Part shown: positions 27,770-31,647 of the stretch, piece by piece
Numbering within the stretch: the first letter of the stretch is position 1
Layout: every line of letters begins with the position of its first letter
Source of the DNA: Gemmatimonadota bacterium
GTDB lineage: Bacteria > Gemmatimonadota > Gemmatimonadetes > Palauibacterales > Palauibacteraceae
Reading direction: 5' to 3'
Assembly (NCBI GenBank): GCA_046758745.1
Contig: JBHIAV010000033.1
Coordinates: 1 to 31,647 of the forward strand
Length of the DNA stretch: 31,647 nucleotides
Notes under the pieces: generated by a model
Databases searched by the model: none
Seen by the model: the letters and a program-made list of their open reading frames with translations, nothing else
Told to the model about the DNA's origin: nothing
Made by a program: the position numbers and the translations under genes

Positions 27770-28579
27770 TCATTCGGACCTCGGCATGGAGCCGACGAAG
27801 TCCTCGCCGCCGTCCACGCGGATCGTGTTCCCCGTCATCCAGGCGGTCCCCTCGCTGGCCAGCACGACCATCGCCCGGGCCACGTCCTCGGGCGTGGTGA
27901 GGCGACGGTACGGGTTGTTCCGCCTGGCCTCCTCGATCATGTGCTCCGCCCCCGGGATCTTGCGCAGAGCCGGAGTGTCGGTCACCCCCGCTCTTATGGC
28001 GTTGACCGTGATTCCGCGCGGGGCGAGCTCGAGCGCCAGCTGGCGGCAATGCGACTCGAGCGCCGCCTTGGCCGCCGACACGGCTCCGTAGGACGGGATC
28101 ACGCGGTCTCCACCCGAGCTCGTCATCGCGAAGATCCGCCCTCCCCGCCCCATCAGGCCACGGTGCACGAGCCCCTGCGTCCAGTAGACGAGCGTGTGCG
28201 CCATGACGTCGAGCGTCATGTCCATCTGCTCGGGCGTGATGGCCTTGGCCGCATCCTCCGCGACGAAGGGACGCAGGGTACCGAAGGCCAGCGAGTGGAG
28301 GAGGACGCGGACCGATCCGGGCACCGCTCCGGCCGCGATCTCCTCGAGGACGCGGTCGCGCTTCTTCGCATCGGCCGCGTTGATGTTGAAGAAATCGGCT
28401 CGGCGACCCAGCCCCTCGATCGCCGCCTTGATCTCTTCCACATGCCTCAAACCGGCGCGCCGGTCCAGGTGCACGCCGTAGATATCGTAGCCCGCGCCGG
28501 CGAAGGCCCTGGCGGCGCCCTCTCCGAATCCGCTGGACGCGCCCAGGATGACCGCGCACCTCGCTCCCTGACCGTTCAC
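27770..28579 (-). CDS. SDR-family oxidoreductase, FabL/FabI-like enoyl-ACP reductase
   Basis: GASSGFG, Y-x6-K (YGAVSAAK), AGVTDTPAL and TG-x-x-I-x-VDGG; SD GAGGAGG before GTG. Confidence 0.88.
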   Translation of the reverse strand: MNGQGARCAVILGASSGFGEGAARAFAGAGYDIYGVHLDRRAGLRHVEEIKAAIEGLGRRADFFNINAADAKKRDRVLEEIAAGAVPGSVRVLLHSLAFGTLRPFVAEDAAKAITPEQMDMTLDVMAHTLVYWTQGLVHRGLMGRGGRIFAMTSSGGDRVIPSYGAVSAAKAALESHCRQLALELAPRGITVNAIRAGVTDTPALRKIPGAEHMIEEARRNNPYRRLTTPEDVARAMVVLASEGTAWMTGNTIRVDGGEDFVGSMPRSE

Positions 28580-28840
28580 CCTGCCTCCTCATGCCTCGGG
28601 CTCCTCGCGCCGCCGGCTCCGGAGAGGCTCGCCCACCGGCCCGGGACCGCCGGGGCCGGTCCGCGCTCATGCATGGGCCGGTCCCGGGCCGCCGGCCGGC
28701 ACCGGTCGGAGCAGCCCGCCAGCGTGGCCCGGTCGATCCTAACATCCGGGGACTGCCGCGGACCACCCGGCCCCGCGCAAGCCGGTAACCCGCACCGTCC
28801 AACACGGCCGACGCCGCGCGAGCCGGTAGCCTGAAGCGTC

Positions 28841-30367
28841 TCACACGGCCAGCGCCACGAGGAGCGTGTAGCCGAGCGCCGCCATGCCCGCCGCTCCCAA
28901 GGCCATCGGGAGCTGGGTGTACACATGGTCCATGAGGTCGCAGCCCGTGGCGAGGGAGGAGAGGATGGTGGTGTCCGAGATCGGCGAGCATTGATCCCCG
29001 AAGACGCTCCCCCCGACCACGGCGCCAAAACAGAGGCTCAGGAAGGTGGGATCCGGCAGCACGGCCCAGGCGAGCGGGACGGCCACCGGGAAGATCACCG
29101 CATATGTCCCCCACGACGTCCCGGTCGAGAAGGCCACGAACATGCAGAGGGCGAGGAGGGCCGCCGGCAGGAAGACGGGTGAGAGCCGCTCCCCGAGGAG
29201 CTCGACCACGTAGGGCGCCGTTCCGACCGCGTCCGCCACGGACTTCAGGGTCACGGCCAGAGCTAGGACGATCGCTCCGATCGTCACTCCTTTGCAGCCG
29301 TCGACGAAGCCCTCCATCACATCGCGCAGTCTCATTCCCTTGGCCAACGCGATACCCATCGACGCCAGCACCGCGAGGAGAAACGCTTCGGCGATGGGAA
29401 GGGAGGGGGACTCCCGGTTGCCGAGGATGAAGAAGGTGACGACGTACGGGACGATCGCCACGCCCAGGAGGGTGCCGATCGGCCCCAGGAAGTCGATCAA
29501 GCCCGGGCGGTAGCCGGCGGGCGGCCGGTAGCGGCTCAGCTCTTCCGCGGCGAGCGGCGAGGCGTCCGGCCGGTCGAGCGCGCCCGTATCCCGCGCGCGT
29601 CGCCGTGCCTTATCCATTCTCCTCCCCGGGAGGATCGGAAGCCGGTCCCATGCGAAGAGGAAAGTGAAGAGGACGGCGAAGAGAGCGTAGAGATTGAAGG
29701 GTAGCGCGCGGAAGAAGAAGTTGATCCCATCCTGCGGCGTCGTGATGATCGGCACCGTGCCCGCTACCAGCCCGCCCACGTAGATCGGCCACACGTTGAA
29801 GGGGATCAGGGTGGCGGCCGGAGAGGCCGTCGAGTCCACGATGTAGGCGAGCTCCTCGTGGGAGACCCTGTGGCGGTCTGTTACGGGGCGCACGGTGGCT
29901 CCGGTCAGCACCGTGCTGACGGTGCCGCCCTGGTGGAACACCATCCCCATCATCCATGCGAAGAACTTCGCCGAGCGGGGACCTCGTGCGAGCCCGGTGC
30001 CCGCCCACTCCGCGAAGCGCATCGCCCCTCCGGTCCGAGTCCACAACCCGATGAGGCCGCCGAGGGCCCAAAGGTAGACGAGGAGAATCAGCCCGTAGCC
30101 GGGCGATCCGATCGACGGGATGAGGAAGTCCCGCACGATGTTGAGCTTGCCGCTGATCACCCCGCCGAGGGCGATGCCGATGAACAGCGCCGAGATCACC
30201 TCCCGCACGCTGAAGGCCAGTACGAGCGCCACCACCGGCGGGACCACGGACCAGATTCCGTAGTGCTCGCCGTTCGTCGGGAAGCGACCCGCCGCCAGGA
30301 CGCCGGCGGCGAGCAACGCCAGGCCTACGGAGACACCCGACCATCTGACCCGACCCGAAGATCCCAT
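28841..30367 (-). CDS. NhaC-family Na+/H+ antiporter / ion-coupled transporter
   Basis: WSVVPP, SHEELAYIVDSTASP, FSTGTSWGT, FGDQCSPISDTTILSS and DHV-x-TQLP; more than 10 TM helices. Confidence 0.92.
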   Translation of the reverse strand: MGSSGRVRWSGVSVGLALLAAGVLAAGRFPTNGEHYGIWSVVPPVVALVLAFSVREVISALFIGIALGGVISGKLNIVRDFLIPSIGSPGYGLILLVYLWALGGLIGLWTRTGGAMRFAEWAGTGLARGPRSAKFFAWMMGMVFHQGGTVSTVLTGATVRPVTDRHRVSHEELAYIVDSTASPAATLIPFNVWPIYVGGLVAGTVPIITTPQDGINFFFRALPFNLYALFAVLFTFLFAWDRLPILPGRRMDKARRRARDTGALDRPDASPLAAEELSRYRPPAGYRPGLIDFLGPIGTLLGVAIVPYVVTFFILGNRESPSLPIAEAFLLAVLASMGIALAKGMRLRDVMEGFVDGCKGVTIGAIVLALAVTLKSVADAVGTAPYVVELLGERLSPVFLPAALLALCMFVAFSTGTSWGTYAVIFPVAVPLAWAVLPDPTFLSLCFGAVVGGSVFGDQCSPISDTTILSSLATGCDLMDHVYTQLPMALGAAGMAALGYTLLVALAV

Positions 30368-30732
30368 GCAGCCCCCGCGCGAGTCTCGTCCAGCGCTCCG
30401 CCGCCGCGGGACCATACGCGTGCGGCGCCGACGCGGCCACCGCCCCGGGCGCGCCCCCGTCGCATCGCCCTGGTTTCACACTCGCGAACGCTCGCGCCAT
30501 GGCCTCCGGGCTCGCCGCATGGCTCCCGAGGATCCTTGCGTCGCACGGGGGGGGCACGAGGGTCGCGGCGGACAAGAAAGCGGAGAGGCCCGAGAGGCGC
30601 GCACCAGCCGTTGCGGCGCATTCCGTTTTTCGCAAAAAACATGCACGCAATCGAAAGCTTGATAGCTGCGAGTCACGCGAAAGATTGGATGCGGCCTACC
30701 TTCCTCGCCCATGGCGAATTCGCGTCGCGCAT

Positions 30733-30772
30733 ATTTGCACACGTAATCCACACGGAAGAGAGGTTATCGACA
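30733..30772 (+). promoter_or_regulatory. Cluster of three co-oriented DnaA-box-like 9-mers
   Basis: ATTTGCACA (30733-41), TAATCCACA (30744-52), TTATCGACA (30764-72); each has one mismatch to TTWTNCACA; AT-richer context. Confidence 0.4.
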
Positions 30773-30842
30773 AAAGTCGCAAGCGGCTGCAATCAAGCAC
30801 CTTATGGTTCATCGAGCGTGGGCCGTACTCATCCGGAGCGGC

Positions 30843-30872
30843 TTGCACGCGGCCGACAACTCGGATTATACT
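30843..30872 (+). promoter_or_regulatory. Candidate sigma70 promoter
   Basis: TTGCAC (30843-48), 18-bp spacer, TATACT (30867-72). Confidence 0.55.
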
Positions 30873-30978
30873 GAGCGTGGCCGTGTGAATCGGACGCCTG
30901 ACGACGACCGTCCCGCGGGAGGCGCTCGCCGGCCGATCGAGTCGAGCAATTCTCCAACTTTGGAAGGTGCTGCGCCGA

Positions 30979-31161
30979 ATGTGGGACACCCGCCCCGTTC
31001 AACTCGTCCTGCACTTGCCGGAAGACCTCGCCGATCGAGTTGAAGAGGTTCGAGAGAGTGATCCGGAATTCCTCAACAACGTCATCCGATACGGCCTGCT
31101 GCGCCGCACCGTCTTCGAGGAGCTGAGGCGCATGTGTAGGGTGGAGCCGGCCAGCTCCTGA
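30979..31161 (+). CDS. Small hypothetical protein, possibly ribbon-helix-helix-like
   Basis: MWDTRPVQLVLHLPEDLADRVEEV... (alternating strand, LP, helix, second helix); upstream promoter; GGAAGG SD-like. Confidence 0.7.
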   Translation: MWDTRPVQLVLHLPEDLADRVEEVRESDPEFLNNVIRYGLLRRTVFEELRRMCRVEPASS

Positions 31162-31351
31162 TCCTACACCGGCTTGACGCTCCGACAGACGTCCGCTACA
31201 TCGCCAGTGCTTTGGGTCGCCGGCGCGGCTCATCCGCGTTTCGTCGCCCACCGAGACGGCACCCGAACCACAGAGACGGCGAGCGGGACGGCGTTTGGTA
31301 GACCGACCAACGGACGAGCAGCCCGAACCGGGGACGGATCCCGGGAGGGAG

Positions 31352-31647
31352 GTGGAGGTGGACGAGGTCCTCCGCTCCAAGTACCTCGACTACTGCTCGG
31401 CCCGTATCTGCGAGGTCTTCCTGTCCCTCTCCGACGAGCGAATCTACGAGCTCATGGAGGAAGCTGCGGACGAAGCGGGGCTCACGGCCGGCTCTCTCGG
31501 CTTCCAGTCGATGGTCAGCCTCGTCACCGGGAAGCTGAAGGAGAGCGTGCCGCTGCCGGAGCTCGAGTCGTGGGCCCGTGATTACCAGGAGAATCCGGAG
31601 CGATACGACCCGCTCCTGCTCGGTCTGTGGGAGACCGCGCTCGACGA
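31352..31647 (+). CDS. Hypothetical protein, runs off the window end (not in the ORF track)
   Basis: Open frame VEVDEVLRSKYLDYCSARICEVFLSLSDERIYEL...PLPELESWARDYQENPERYDPLLLGLWETALD with high GC3; GGAGG-rich upstream; alternative starts TTG 31295 or GTG 31358. Confidence 0.75.
   Translation, partial: MEVDEVLRSKYLDYCSARICEVFLSLSDERIYELMEEAADEAGLTAGSLGFQSMVSLVTGKLKESVPLPELESWARDYQENPERYDPLLLGLWETALD

Noticed and set aside
30575-30615. GGAGAG-containing stretch resembling a glycine riboswitch near the NhaC gene
   Set aside because: Wrong strand for the transporter, and the CCGAAG and CTCTCAGG core elements are absent
30979-31647. Toxin-antitoxin pair
   Set aside because: The genes are 130-190 bp apart and the second has no PIN, RelE, MazF or HicA motif

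Overview
GC-rich (~70%) bacterial chromosomal window; gene content and the small hypothetical genes suggest Gemmatimonadota (inference). The left half is a housekeeping run on +: DUF4837-like lipoprotein, dnaE, accA, ricT/PSP1, metG, M23 peptidase, a lipoprotein, a FadJ-type multifunctional enzyme and a DUF402-membrane fusion. A small, very acidic protein gene is divergent from this run. The middle holds glgC, an M50B peptidase, a membrane diguanylate cyclase, an M28 peptidase and a GNAT. The most unusual locus is a five-gene Paa-like di-iron oxygenase operon on the minus strand (order A, DUF59, B, C, free Zn-ribbon; no PaaE reductase, ligase or ring-opening genes), just downstream of P5C dehydrogenase (pruA). 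The right end has a thioredoxin-like protein, a coiled-coil OmpA protein, a C-N hydrolase remnant, a FabL-like SDR, an NhaC-family transporter, an AT-richer intergenic region with three DnaA-box-like 9-mers, and two small hypothetical genes. Two hydrolase genes appear to carry large in-frame internal deletions. No rRNA, tRNA, CRISPR array or mobile element was recognised. All family calls come from motif recognition, not database searches.
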